A DNA stretch of 43,076 bases from Promethearchaeota archaeon (GCA_030603385.1 JAUVXW010000037.1:1-43076), one strand, 5' to 3'. Positions 10,500-20,084 are shown, counted from the stretch's first letter. Translations and numbers: made by a program. The notes: a model not told the origin generated them from the sequence alone.

Positions 10500-11897
10500 A
10501 TGAAATATGAAGAAATTCAAGCTAAAACCGAATTTATTGTAAACAACCCTATTCGACATTTTAAACCAGAAGAATTAAAAGGAATAATTGAAAGATATCA
10601 TAAAAACCACCCTAAATCTAAAGAAATATATGAAAGAATGCGTAAAATTATCCCTGGTGGTGTAGAGCACAATTTAGCTTTTAATCACCCTTTTCCAATA
10701 GCAAGCAAAAGAGTATATGATTGTTATATGGAAACTGTGGATGATATAATTATGACAGACTATTTGATGTGTGGTGGACCGATAATACTTGGTCATCAAT
10801 ATCCTCCATTAATTAAAAAAGTAGTCGAGACTATTCAAGAAATAGGACCTTGTCACGGAATAACACATGAATATGAGTATTTAGCGGCAGAACAACTACA
10901 AAAACACTTCCCTTCATGTGAAATAATTAGGTGGCTGCAAACAGGTACAGAAGCTGATATGCTGGCAATTAGAATCGCAAGGATTTTTACGAATAGAAAA
11001 TGGATTATTAAAATAGGTGGTAGTTATCATGGTTGGAGTGATCAGCTCACTTATGATATGCATGTTCCGGGAACTAAACTATTAGAATCCCATGGAATAC
11101 CCAAACCAGTATTCAAATTTACTGATTCATGTCCACCTAATGATATTGAAGAACTACGAAGAATGTTTAAAGAAAAGCGTAGAATTGCGGCTGTTATAAT
11201 TGAACCTATGGGCGGGGAAAGTGGGGCGATGCCTACAAGACCCGGATTCAACAAGGAAATAGAGGAACTATGTCATGAAAACAAGGCTTTAATGATATCA
11301 GACGAGGTTGTATGCGCTTTTAGATTGCATATGGGTGGAGGACAAGCATATTATGACTATACTCCTGATATTTCTGTATTTGGCAAAATAGTGGGACACG
11401 GATTCCCTTCTGCTGCAGCAATTGGAGGACGTGCTGATGTTATGGCTGTATGCGGCGCTGGCGTAACTGGAGGCAAGAGAGCTTATTCAGGAGGAACATT
11501 AGCTGCAAATCCATTAACGTGTGCAGCTGCATATTGGGCAATCAAATTTGTTGAAGAAACTAATGCTACTGAAATCGCAGGGCATGCTGCTACTCGCTTA
11601 TCTTCAGGTTTAAATGAAGTATTTGTAAAGTATGATTTGCCATGGTTTTCATACAATTTTGGTGGTACTGTACATTTTCAGACAAGCTGTGTTTTTGGTT
11701 TGAATTTGAACGATCCAAAACAATCAGGTCAAATTCCAGTTCGAAAAGACTTCATGGGCGAAATGGGCGCAGCATTAGTTGATCAAAAATTAATTTCAGT
11801 CGCTGGAAGCAGGTTCTATACATGTATACTCCATAATGATGAAATTATTGATGAAACAATTCAAAAAATAGATAATATTTGTCAGAAGATCGAATGA
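10500..11897 (+). CDS. Class III PLP aminotransferase, glutamate-1-semialdehyde aminomutase (HemL)-like
   Basis: Motifs IPGGV, GPIILGH, TGTEA, YHG, IIEP, DEV..FR, FGK (PLP Lys) and GTLAANP. Confidence 0.88.
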   Translation: MKYEEIQAKTEFIVNNPIRHFKPEELKGIIERYHKNHPKSKEIYERMRKIIPGGVEHNLAFNHPFPIASKRVYDCYMETVDDIIMTDYLMCGGPIILGHQYPPLIKKVVETIQEIGPCHGITHEYEYLAAEQLQKHFPSCEIIRWLQTGTEADMLAIRIARIFTNRKWIIKIGGSYHGWSDQLTYDMHVPGTKLLESHGIPKPVFKFTDSCPPNDIEELRRMFKEKRRIAAVIIEPMGGESGAMPTRPGFNKEIEELCHENKALMISDEVVCAFRLHMGGGQAYYDYTPDISVFGKIVGHGFPSAAAIGGRADVMAVCGAGVTGGKRAYSGGTLAANPLTCAAAYWAIKFVEETNATEIAGHAATRLSSGLNEVFVKYDLPWFSYNFGGTVHFQTSCVFGLNLNDPKQSGQIPVRKDFMGEMGAALVDQKLISVAGSRFYTCILHNDEIIDETIQKIDNICQKIE

Positions 11898-12155
11898 TTC
11901 ACGTGGCAATTTCTTCTATTTTTACCATATATTTTAATTTGCTTCAAATCTTCTTAACACTTTCAATTTAAAATTAGTATTATTTTGTCTTATGCTTTTG
12001 AAAAGATATTTATAAAAATTCTAATTTTACTGATTCAAGTAATTGTAGCATCTATTGATTTTATTCTTAAAACGGGAAAATCGTCGCAGTGAAGTCAAGT
12101 GTTTAAAGTTTTAACAGTATAACTATCATGCTAAACAATTAGAACCTTAATAATC

Positions 12156-12860
12156 ATGGAAAATAAAAATCTTAATACAAAGGAACCCAAAAAAACCAAT
12201 TCCTCTAATTTTAATACTTTAAATTTAAAGAAAGAAACAAGGATTCTTTTAAGAAAGTTAAAGTTATCCTTAATTATCTCAATATTAATAATACTAGTTT
12301 TCTATACCCTGATTGATATTTATGTATTTCATAAAGGAGATTTAGGTAAAACGATTTTAAAGTTAAACTTTCATGAATTTTGGGTATATTCAATTATTCT
12401 CATTTTTTTTCTTATTGTTTTCATTTTCAGCAAATTCATAATTAAAAAACAAGTTAATTTTGAAAGAATGATTAGGGATTCTGAGGAAAAGTATTTACGA
12501 TTAATTGAAGGAGCAAAAGATTTATTCTCAAGTATTCAAGATGGGATTGCTGTATTAGATAAAAATTTAAATATTATCCATATAAACCCCGCTTTAAAAC
12601 GTTTTTTTTCACATAAAGAACAAATTGTAGGAAAAAAATGTTTTGAAATATATAATAATCGCGATAAACCATGTGAAAATTGTCCTAATTTGAGTTTGGT
12701 TAAAGATAAATTAATTAAAAGTAAAATTCATCCAAAGTTTGATGAACAGGGGAATATGATCGGTTCATTAGAAATTTACTCCTTTCCATTGCTAGATCAA
12801 TCTGCTTCAAATATGGTCGGAATTATTAATTATTGCAAAGATATTACAGAAAAAATTTAA
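12156..12860 (+). CDS. N-terminal half of a sensor kinase: 2 TM helices plus a PAS domain
   Basis: Two hydrophobic helices, SEEKY linker, DGIAVLD...INPA, GKKCFE...PCENCP, ending DITEK. Confidence 0.8.
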   Translation: MENKNLNTKEPKKTNSSNFNTLNLKKETRILLRKLKLSLIISILIILVFYTLIDIYVFHKGDLGKTILKLNFHEFWVYSIILIFFLIVFIFSKFIIKKQVNFERMIRDSEEKYLRLIEGAKDLFSSIQDGIAVLDKNLNIIHINPALKRFFSHKEQIVGKKCFEIYNNRDKPCENCPNLSLVKDKLIKSKIHPKFDEQGNMIGSLEIYSFPLLDQSASNMVGIINYCKDITEKI

Positions 12861-13528
12861 TTACAAGGGTTTCACATGAATTTAAAACACCATTGAACTC
12901 AATTCAAAGTGCTACACAACTTCTTCTGCAGAATTATCAAATTGATTATCAAATAAGAAAATTTCTTGAAATTATTCACAACGGAGGAACTAGACTAACT
13001 AAACTAGTGGAGAATATTTTAGATGTTTCTGAGATAGAATCTGGAAAATTAATATTGAATGAGGAAAAAACAAATATCGCTGATCTCATTAGAAATTGTA
13101 TTAACGAAACCACTTTTTTGGCTCTAAAACGTAATTTATCCCTCAAATCAAATTTACCTAAATCTCTTTTCTTGAATATTGATCCTGATAAGATGGAGCA
13201 GGTAATTATAAATCTACTATCAAATGCTATAAAGAATACCCCACCAAATGGAGAAATTTATGTTGATATCATTACGAATAACAGTCATATTGATTTACAG
13301 ATCAAGGACTCTGGTGTAGGATTAACAAAAGAAGAACAAGTAAAACTATTTACTCCATTTAGTAAAATTGAAAGGTATGGTAAAAATATGAATGTAGATA
13401 TTGAAGGGTCAGGTTTAGGGCTCTTTTTATCTAAGGAAATAGTCCAATTGCATGGAGGACAAATTTTTATTGAATCTGAAGGAAGAAATAAAGGTTGTAC
13501 CTTCATATTGAGATTAATTAAAGAATAG
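12833..13528 (+). CDS. C-terminal half of the sensor histidine kinase (HisKA plus HATPase_c), in the -1 frame relative to 12156..12860
   Basis: H-box SHEFKTPL, N-box NLLSNAIK, G1 DSGVG, F-box LFTPF and G2 GSGLGL. Confidence 0.88.
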   Translation: MQRYYRKNLITRVSHEFKTPLNSIQSATQLLLQNYQIDYQIRKFLEIIHNGGTRLTKLVENILDVSEIESGKLILNEEKTNIADLIRNCINETTFLALKRNLSLKSNLPKSLFLNIDPDKMEQVIINLLSNAIKNTPPNGEIYVDIITNNSHIDLQIKDSGVGLTKEEQVKLFTPFSKIERYGKNMNVDIEGSGLGLFLSKEIVQLHGGQIFIESEGRNKGCTFILRLIKE

Positions 13529-13529
13529 A

Positions 13530-14264
13530 TTATAAGTACTCAAATAACTGTTCAAATTCAAAGAAGTTAAAAGGTTTTAAGAAATACCCATCTGCCATTG
13601 ATTCTTTTAACTTTGCTTTTACTTCATTAGCAGGTACAGCAGTAATTAAGAAAATAATAACATCTTTATGTCTATCATCCGATTTGATTTTTTTACATAT
13701 TTCATATCCATTGACATCTGGTAATAGAATATCTAATAATATTATTTTTGGTTTATAAGTTTCTAACTCTTCAAATGTTTGAGCACCTGAGATAACATCT
13801 TTACAAGAATACCCTTTGAATTGAAAAAAATCAATAAGTACTTTATTTGTGGAGAAATCATCATCAACTATTAATATGTCATACTCAACTTTTTCAGATT
13901 TATAATTATCTAATGCATTTTTAATAATTCCTTCAAGATTTAAGCTTTGATCAAAGACTTCTTTAATTTTTGTTAAAACGCCCCAATCTAATTGATCCTT
14001 ATAATTTTCAATTAACAAATGAGAAAAGCCTTTAATTGAAGTTAATGGTCCCTTCAAATCATGTGATAATTTAGAAAGAGTTTTTATAGGATTAGGTTTT
14101 GATCTATATTCGATATAGAATTCAACTGCATCTCTTATAAATTTTGATAAAGTAGAATAATTACTTTTTTTTGTAAAGGTTTGCCACCTATTTTTAATTT
14201 CTTCAGTAACTAAAATTGTGATCCTTTCTTTCTCTTGTTTCTCACTTTTATCTCTGTTTACGAT
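13530..14264 (-). CDS. RHH-HisKA(DHp)-REC response regulator, 244 aa, probable ATC start
   Basis: The frame is open 69 codons upstream of the track start (14057) and encodes ERITILVTEEIKNRWQTF..YSTLSKFIRDAVEFYIE (RHH) and LSHDLKGPL (H-box). REC motifs IVDDD, LLDILLP, ITA and KPF are intact. GAGGTG lies 8 nt upstream of the ATC at 14264. Confidence 0.85.
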   Translation of the reverse strand: MVNRDKSEKQEKERITILVTEEIKNRWQTFTKKSNYSTLSKFIRDAVEFYIEYRSKPNPIKTLSKLSHDLKGPLTSIKGFSHLLIENYKDQLDWGVLTKIKEVFDQSLNLEGIIKNALDNYKSEKVEYDILIVDDDFSTNKVLIDFFQFKGYSCKDVISGAQTFEELETYKPKIILLDILLPDVNGYEICKKIKSDDRHKDVIIFLITAVPANEVKAKLKESMADGYFLKPFNFFEFEQLFEYL

Positions 14265-14473
14265 TTACGCCGCACCTCTTTATCTTTCTTTACAAAAAAA
14301 ATTGAAATATTATAATTTTTTCAGAAGCTTATTTTACTAATTCATTATACATTTATATATTTATTTCTGATTAGGCTCAATAACTTCTCAACTACCTTAG
14401 ATTTCTCTTTGATTAAATACGTTAAATTAAGTGTTTTTGGTATAAAAGCAAAATTTTGTGTGAATAATTTGTA

Positions 14474-14518
14474 GAATATTAAAGGGGATTATCTATGAAA
14501 GATAACCCCCTAATATTC
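14474..14518. other. GC-cored imperfect hairpin or inverted repeat between the MCP and the regulator gene
   Basis: GAATATT-aaa-GGGGATTATCT-atgaa-AGATAACCCCC-t-AATATTC in otherwise very AT-rich DNA. Confidence 0.5.
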
Positions 14519-14657
14519 AAAAGGAGCTAAAAGGATTTGCTTTTATTATTGATAATCATGAATTAACATTTGTTCCATATTGGTTTTTAATATATTCACA
14601 AAAAAATAAAAAAATAAAATTATTATTATCATAAATTCTGTATTACTCTTTTTTAAT

Positions 14658-16364
14658 TTAATTTCTTTTAAATGCATTTGTTACATTTAGAAATTTTCTT
14701 TTTGCAACATTCTTTGAATCATCGTTTTCAAAGTCCTCTGTTGTCGTTTTTCCATCGCTACCAAATTCTGTTAATTTGTTTTTCAAATCTTCTGCTAATG
14801 ACCCTAATTTATTAGCTGTAGAAGTTATTTCTTCCATTGAAGCAGTTTGTTGTTCAGAGGAAGCACTAATACCCTCCATTGCCGTAGAATTTTCTTCACC
14901 AGCTGCAGTTGCACCTTCAATATCGTCAGTTATATTTCCAATATAACTTACTGTCAAATTAATTCTATTGGTAATTTCTTCTATTTTAGTACTCGTTTCA
15001 GAAACTGCATTTTGAGACACTTCTGCAAGTTTTCTAACTTCATCAGCAACTACAGCAAAACCCCTTCCATGTTCACCTGCTCTACCTGCCTCTATACTGG
15101 CATTAAGTGCAAGTAAGTTGGTTTGTTCAGAAATATTCTTTATCAAATCCATCACTTTATTAATGTTTTTTGTTGATGACATGACTTCATGCGACAGGGC
15201 CTTAATTTCATTTGCCATCTTGTTAATTTCTACTAAAGAATTAACCTGACTCTGAGTGTTTTGAGAAACTTCTTGAGTTGTACTAGCAATTTCTTCTGTA
15301 GCTGCGTTTACTTCGCTAGCACTTGCTGCTAACTCTGTCGCAATGTTTGAAACATTCACACTTGCGTCAGATCCTGCTTTTAAAACATTTTCCATATTTT
15401 TTGTAACTCTTACAATCCCTCTTACAGTTGGCACAGAAATAACTACACCTAAACCAATTGCTAAGCTTAAAGTTATTATCGTGACTAATAATGCTGTAGT
15501 AACAGTAAGATTTGCATTATTTACAGCCATATCAACTGATGCATCTAGTTGAATCACAAGATATTCTAAATGCTCTTTCATCTCATCATAGTTCTCTTCA
15601 AGTATTTCACTTGCTTCCCAAGCACTCCCATATTTATTTATAATATAAAAATAATCATTTATAGCTCCATCATGCCAAGACAATTGTTCATTAACAATAG
15701 TACTTGTAAGGTTTGCATCATTGACAATAACTGCTTTTAATGTATTGAAATTGTCGGCAGCATCTTCAATATCCAATGATAACATAGCAGCATCATCATT
15801 ATTTCTTCCTAGTATAGTTTCATGCATAATATGTTCTTCTACATCTCTCCAATATAACATTCCTGTAATATTTTTCTTTGTTGATTCATTAACAGCCCAA
15901 TTAAGCAACCTTTCTAAACTAAGTTCCCAACTTTCTACAACGTCATGAACTGTGTGTAGCATCGCGAACGCAGCATCAAAAAGATCAAACATTCCTGTAT
16001 TTTGACTTTTACAGATATTTACCATATTAGTATAATGTAATCGAATTTCTACCAATTCAACTTCATATTCAGGAAGCAAAGCATCAAGTTCGGTTAGATG
16101 TTCATCTAATTCTTCAGATTCAAGATCAAACATCGTTTTAGTCCCGTTTGTTTCACCTAACTCATATTCATGCATTAAATGTGACATAGCATTTCCATGA
16201 TACTTGATTTCTCTAGAATCTTCTACTGAAACTAAATATTTTTTAGTTATAGTCTGAATATTTGCATTTACCGAGTTAATCTGAAGTATTCCAATGATCC
16301 CTATTACTGTGCATAATATGATCAGTATAGAGAAACCAAAAACCATTCTTCTTCCTATATTCAT
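14658..16364 (-). CDS. Methyl-accepting chemotaxis protein (TM, helical sensor, TM, MCP signalling domain)
   Basis: Hairpin-tip motif [46 protein letters not shown] and two TM helices. Confidence 0.93.
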   Translation of the reverse strand: MNIGRRMVFGFSILIILCTVIGIIGILQINSVNANIQTITKKYLVSVEDSREIKYHGNAMSHLMHEYELGETNGTKTMFDLESEELDEHLTELDALLPEYEVELVEIRLHYTNMVNICKSQNTGMFDLFDAAFAMLHTVHDVVESWELSLERLLNWAVNESTKKNITGMLYWRDVEEHIMHETILGRNNDDAAMLSLDIEDAADNFNTLKAVIVNDANLTSTIVNEQLSWHDGAINDYFYIINKYGSAWEASEILEENYDEMKEHLEYLVIQLDASVDMAVNNANLTVTTALLVTIITLSLAIGLGVVISVPTVRGIVRVTKNMENVLKAGSDASVNVSNIATELAASASEVNAATEEIASTTQEVSQNTQSQVNSLVEINKMANEIKALSHEVMSSTKNINKVMDLIKNISEQTNLLALNASIEAGRAGEHGRGFAVVADEVRKLAEVSQNAVSETSTKIEEITNRINLTVSYIGNITDDIEGATAAGEENSTAMEGISASSEQQTASMEEITSTANKLGSLAEDLKNKLTEFGSDGKTTTEDFENDDSKNVAKRKFLNVTNAFKRN

Positions 16365-16564
16365 AATTTATTACCTTTTTTTTTATAATTTTTAAAATGT
16401 ATGTAAAATTATCATTTTTTAATGAAATTATAATTATCTTATAATAAAATTTATATTTAAGTGTTCCTTATTATAATATTTTTCAATTATTGATCATAAT
16501 TATCATAACAAATATTATTATATCATAAAAATAGTATAATTATTATTTGAGGTAAAATTCTACC

Positions 16565-16583
16565 ATCTGATTTAAAATCAGAT
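16565..16583. promoter_or_regulatory. Perfect palindrome upstream of the MCP gene (candidate operator)
   Basis: ATCTGATTT-A-AAATCAGAT, 9-bp arms. Confidence 0.4.
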
Positions 16584-16660
16584 ATAAATAGAAATTGTAA
16601 TTAGAATTTTCATGGATTAGTAATTTAGAACTCTTGATATAAAGGTTAATTAGGCTCTAA

Positions 16661-16819
16661 TTAACTTTGCTCAGTTTTTTTTATTTCCCTATGTTCTTTG
16701 GTAATTAAAAATCTAATAATTTCAGTAACATTTTTAATTCCATGATATTCTTTAATGATCTCTAATTTATCGAAAACATCCATCTCGAGAGAAATATGAA
16801 ATTCTTTATGTTCGACCAT
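16661..16819 (-). CDS. Small ribbon-helix-helix (CopG/MetJ-like) DNA-binding protein, 52 aa, absent from the ORF track
   Basis: MVEHKEFHISLEMDVFDKLEIIKEYHGIKNVTEIIRFLITKEHREIKKTEQS: beta strand, helix, G turn and TEIIRFLI helix. Confidence 0.8.
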   Translation of the reverse strand: MVEHKEFHISLEMDVFDKLEIIKEYHGIKNVTEIIRFLITKEHREIKKTEQS

Positions 16820-16860
16820 TAGTTATTTTTTTGATAAATTTGTTAATAAGTTTTCGTTTT

Positions 16861-16900
16861 ATGGATTTTTCATGGATAAATTCGGATAAAAAATGGATAA
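16861..16900. repeat. Four helically phased GGAT(A/T) direct repeats upstream of the RHH gene
   Basis: GGAT at 16863, 16874, 16884 and 16895 (spacing 11/10/11), adjacent to a TATA-like TTATATATAT at 16901-16910. Confidence 0.55.
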
Positions 16901-17067
16901 TTATATATATAGTTCAAACATGATAGAAAAAGGGATACGACGATCTTTACAATTGTAACTTCAAATCTTCTCTAGGTAAGTTGTATTAGAAGTTAAAATA
17001 GTTATAGTCGTCCAATTTGCATTAAACGTTAATTAATTTTAAATAATCATTTTATAGATAAAAAACA

Positions 17068-18027
17068 TTGATAAAATTTATAATAGCAATATTGGTATTA
17101 ATTTGCGGATTAATTTTAATTATATTTTGTAGTATTAAGGCAGTTAAACATTCTGCTCTATTAGCTGCTGCTTTAGGTATCTCACCATTGATAATTGGCG
17201 TAACTTTGGTATCTATAGGGACAGATATGTCAGAAATTTTTAACTCAATAATCTCATGCTCTTTAGGTCATGGTGATATTAATGTTGGGGATTCTGTGGG
17301 TTCAGATTTAACTCAACTTACCTTAGTGTTTGGGTTGTTACCTTTAATAACAGGAGTTATTTATGTACATAGAAAGGATATTATTATTCTGGGTGCATGT
17401 GAAATTCTTTCATTAATGCTAATTTTTTCTGTAGTAGAGAAAGGTTATATCACACGGCTTAACGCTATAATGATGGTTGGGAGCTTGGGAATTTTTTTTT
17501 GGCTAATCTATAATGCTAATAAGGAGAGCATCTTACAAAGAGTAGAAATGATTGAAAGAATTAAAACTCCAAAAAGTAATAAATTTCATCTTCTCATAGC
17601 CGTGTTAGGATTTGGTGGTGTAACATTAGCTGCGTATATGATTGTAGAATCTGTTATAGTTTTATCAAGCGTTTTAAACATTCATGAGTATATCATAAGC
17701 TTTTTTATTGTCGCTGTGGGTACTTCGCTTCCTGAACTGGCTGTAGACATAAATGCGCTCAGATTGGGGCATCATTCAATCGCCATTGGAGACATTGTAG
17801 GCTCGTGTATTGTAGATTCAACTCTTTCTATTGGAATTGGACTACTACTTTTTCCACAAGCAGTAACAGCATCCCTTGCTGTTCCTACAGTTTTATACAC
17901 GCTAATAGCAAGTTTCATAGTTTTTATGACCATTGCCGTACGACGAAAAGTCGATAAAAAAGCAGGAATTTTCTTTATTTCAATCTATTTAATGTCTTAC
18001 GTATTTCTTTTCGCTTTTTGGATATGA
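17068..18027 (+). CDS. Na+/Ca2+ (CaCA, YrbG-like) antiporter
   Basis: Alpha repeats IGVTLVSIGTDMSE...GD.VGS and VAVGTSLPEL...AIGDIVGS, about 10 TM helices. Confidence 0.92.
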   Translation: MIKFIIAILVLICGLILIIFCSIKAVKHSALLAAALGISPLIIGVTLVSIGTDMSEIFNSIISCSLGHGDINVGDSVGSDLTQLTLVFGLLPLITGVIYVHRKDIIILGACEILSLMLIFSVVEKGYITRLNAIMMVGSLGIFFWLIYNANKESILQRVEMIERIKTPKSNKFHLLIAVLGFGGVTLAAYMIVESVIVLSSVLNIHEYIISFFIVAVGTSLPELAVDINALRLGHHSIAIGDIVGSCIVDSTLSIGIGLLLFPQAVTASLAVPTVLYTLIASFIVFMTIAVRRKVDKKAGIFFISIYLMSYVFLFAFWI

Positions 18028-18055
18028 GTTTAATTTCTGAGTAAAATTTAGTTAT

Positions 18056-18403
18056 TTATTTTGGCATGTAAAATTTACATAAATTGCATTGATTTGCCCT
18101 TAATCTTCTTTCAGGACCAAGTATTATGAATTTTTCCGTCATATCTCCACCACATTTTGGACAGCTTTTAGAAAAATTCTCTTTAATCGAGTCTAAAACT
18201 CTTTGGATTCCTTTTTCTAACTTTAATAATTCTAAAGCGTTTTCGATTATTTTATTTGCAGAGAGCATACCAATACCTTTAATCCATGCTAATTGTTCTG
18301 GTTTTGATTTTGCAATCTCTTCTATAGTCTTTACACCAGCATTTACTAGCCTTTCAGCTGCTGTTGGACCAATGCCTCGAACTCGAACTAATTCTTCAAT
18401 CAA
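18056..18403 (-). CDS. Tandem helix-hairpin-helix protein with a C-terminal Zn ribbon
   Basis: VRGIGPTAAERL, IKGIGMLSANKI, and CPKC...CNLC. Confidence 0.85.
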   Translation of the reverse strand: MIEELVRVRGIGPTAAERLVNAGVKTIEEIAKSKPEQLAWIKGIGMLSANKIIENALELLKLEKGIQRVLDSIKENFSKSCPKCGGDMTEKFIILGPERRLRANQCNLCKFYMPK

Positions 18404-18494
18404 AAAAATCTTATTCTAATGCTAATTTTGAATCTAATTATATATAATAATGTTAATTAGACAAAATAAAATTTGAGATGGTAAAATGTAAATG

Positions 18495-18509
18495 AAAAAA
18501 AAAAAAAAA
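18495..18509 (-). terminator. Poly-T terminator (minus strand) of the 7TM gene
   Basis: A 15-A run on the + strand lies just downstream of the stop of 18516..19244(-). Confidence 0.5.
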
Positions 18510-18515
18510 TAGATG

Positions 18516-19244
18516 TTATTTCTCTAATTGGCGACCTACACCGTTATACATCAAATATCCCCCAGAAATCGCTAAAATCAAACCTATTGCGCCCATTACT
18601 AACCTAAATGTTGAGTCATTCAAAAAGTTCGATACAAAAATTCCATACATAAAGATTATTAAAGCAGTCGCTCCAAATATAAAAAATTTCCACTTCTTTC
18701 TTAATTGTTCATCTTCAAATTTTTTAAATATCTGGAACGAAAAGTAGAAGAAAAGACCAGTTGGGATAGATTCAATAATTAAAAGGTAAAGGAAGAAAGG
18801 AGGCATCCAATGGGGACTCCAACTTTCGGTATCAATACTTACACCCACGTCTTTAACATAGACGAATAAAATCATGCAAAACATGGCGATACCAAAGATT
18901 ATGAGAATTACTAATTGTTTTTTGAGAGTAACGACTTTTTCTGATTTTAATAGTATTAAGTCAAAAACTACGAGAAATATAATTGAATAAAAAATCCCAA
19001 AATTCGTTATATAATTCATAAACAAAATAACAGGTTCAAATTCCAACGGATCAAGTGGAGCATATATGAAATTCATAAATAATCCAAAGGCGGCAGATAA
19101 ATAGAATCCTGAAAAGATTATGTTCAATCGTTTTCTGTCTCTTTTAAGGATTTTATATGCTAAAAATATGAAAAAAAAGCAAATAAATCCTTGAGCTACA
19201 TACACAGTTATTGCTCTTGATATTGACATTTCATAAAGAGTCAT
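18516..19244 (-). CDS. Stand-alone 7TM membrane protein (HisKA_7TM-like sensor fold), paralog 1
   Basis: Seven hydrophobic helices, basic loops after TM1/3/5, and a W.P.W loop between TM4 and TM5. Confidence 0.8.
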   Translation of the reverse strand: MTLYEMSISRAITVYVAQGFICFFFIFLAYKILKRDRKRLNIIFSGFYLSAAFGLFMNFIYAPLDPLEFEPVILFMNYITNFGIFYSIIFLVVFDLILLKSEKVVTLKKQLVILIIFGIAMFCMILFVYVKDVGVSIDTESWSPHWMPPFFLYLLIIESIPTGLFFYFSFQIFKKFEDEQLRKKWKFFIFGATALIIFMYGIFVSNFLNDSTFRLVMGAIGLILAISGGYLMYNGVGRQLEK

Positions 19245-19391
19245 GATAAAACCACATTAAACCTTAATTTAATTTTAAAATATATTTAGTTAATGTAACA
19301 ATTTATCATTCTATATTTATTATTGTTGTTTTTTTCCTAACAGTAAAAATACTACTTTATTCTTTTCATTTTAAAAAAAAAATAAGTAACT

Positions 19392-20084
19392 TTATTCAAG
19401 TTGACGTCCTACACCATGATATATCAAATATAATGAAATGAGAGTCGGTAAGGATATAAGTGACCAAATGAATCTAAATGTATCATTATTTAACGTATTA
19501 GATAATGATGTTCCATAGTAAAGAAAGAAATATGCAGATACACCAATTAAAAAATATTTCCATTTCTTTTTTAATTGTACATTTCCAAGCTTTTTATATA
19601 TTTTTATGGAATAGTAACTTATAGGAAAAATAGCCATGCCACTACAAACTATGATTGAACAAATTAAGAAAATCCAACTCCAATCGGGTTTCCAATTTGT
19701 ACTTTGATTTATTATTATTCCACTCGGTATAAATAATAAACCTAATAAAATGAGCCCAAATAGGAGTAAAAATAAAAATTGGATTCTTTTATTAATTTTA
19801 CTAGACGGTTTTAGAAGAATTAATATAAAAATAAGCAAAAAAGCCAATGAAAAACAAAGAAAATAATATGTTGCAAAATGCAAGATGTAAACAATAGTTT
19901 CTTCAAAAATATTTGCATAAATGATATTTATAATTGCACCAATCGTATTAGAAAGATAAAAACCACTTAAGTAAAGATTAGCTCTTTTTTTACCTCTTTT
20001 TAATACTATATATGCCATGTACAGAAAAAATAGTGCAAAACCTCCTTGAATTATATAAATTTGTAGAAATCTTGCAATATCCAT
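19392..20084 (-). CDS. Stand-alone 7TM membrane protein, paralog 2 (tandem duplicate of 18516..19244)
   Basis: Shares QG, KR.N...SGFYLS, W.P.W, QL.KKWK.F..G, LN..TFR and Y.GVGRQLE with paralog 1. Confidence 0.8.
   Translation of the reverse strand: MDIARFLQIYIIQGGFALFFLYMAYIVLKRGKKRANLYLSGFYLSNTIGAIINIIYANIFEETIVYILHFATYYFLCFSLAFLLIFILILLKPSSKINKRIQFLFLLLFGLILLGLLFIPSGIIINQSTNWKPDWSWIFLICSIIVCSGMAIFPISYYSIKIYKKLGNVQLKKKWKYFLIGVSAYFFLYYGTSLSNTLNNDTFRFIWSLISLPTLISLYLIYHGVGRQLE

Noticed and set aside
10500-11897. Assigning hemL and a heme pathway together with the HemG-like flavodoxin
   Set aside because: No other tetrapyrrole genes are nearby, both families have many non-heme paralogs, and the two genes are 11 kb apart.
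14484-14510. Hairpin containing ATGA as a possible SECIS element (Lokiarchaeia use selenocysteine)
   Set aside because: The ATGA is in the loop, not in a stem with tandem GA pairs, and no neighbouring gene shows an in-frame TGA at a Cys-like position.
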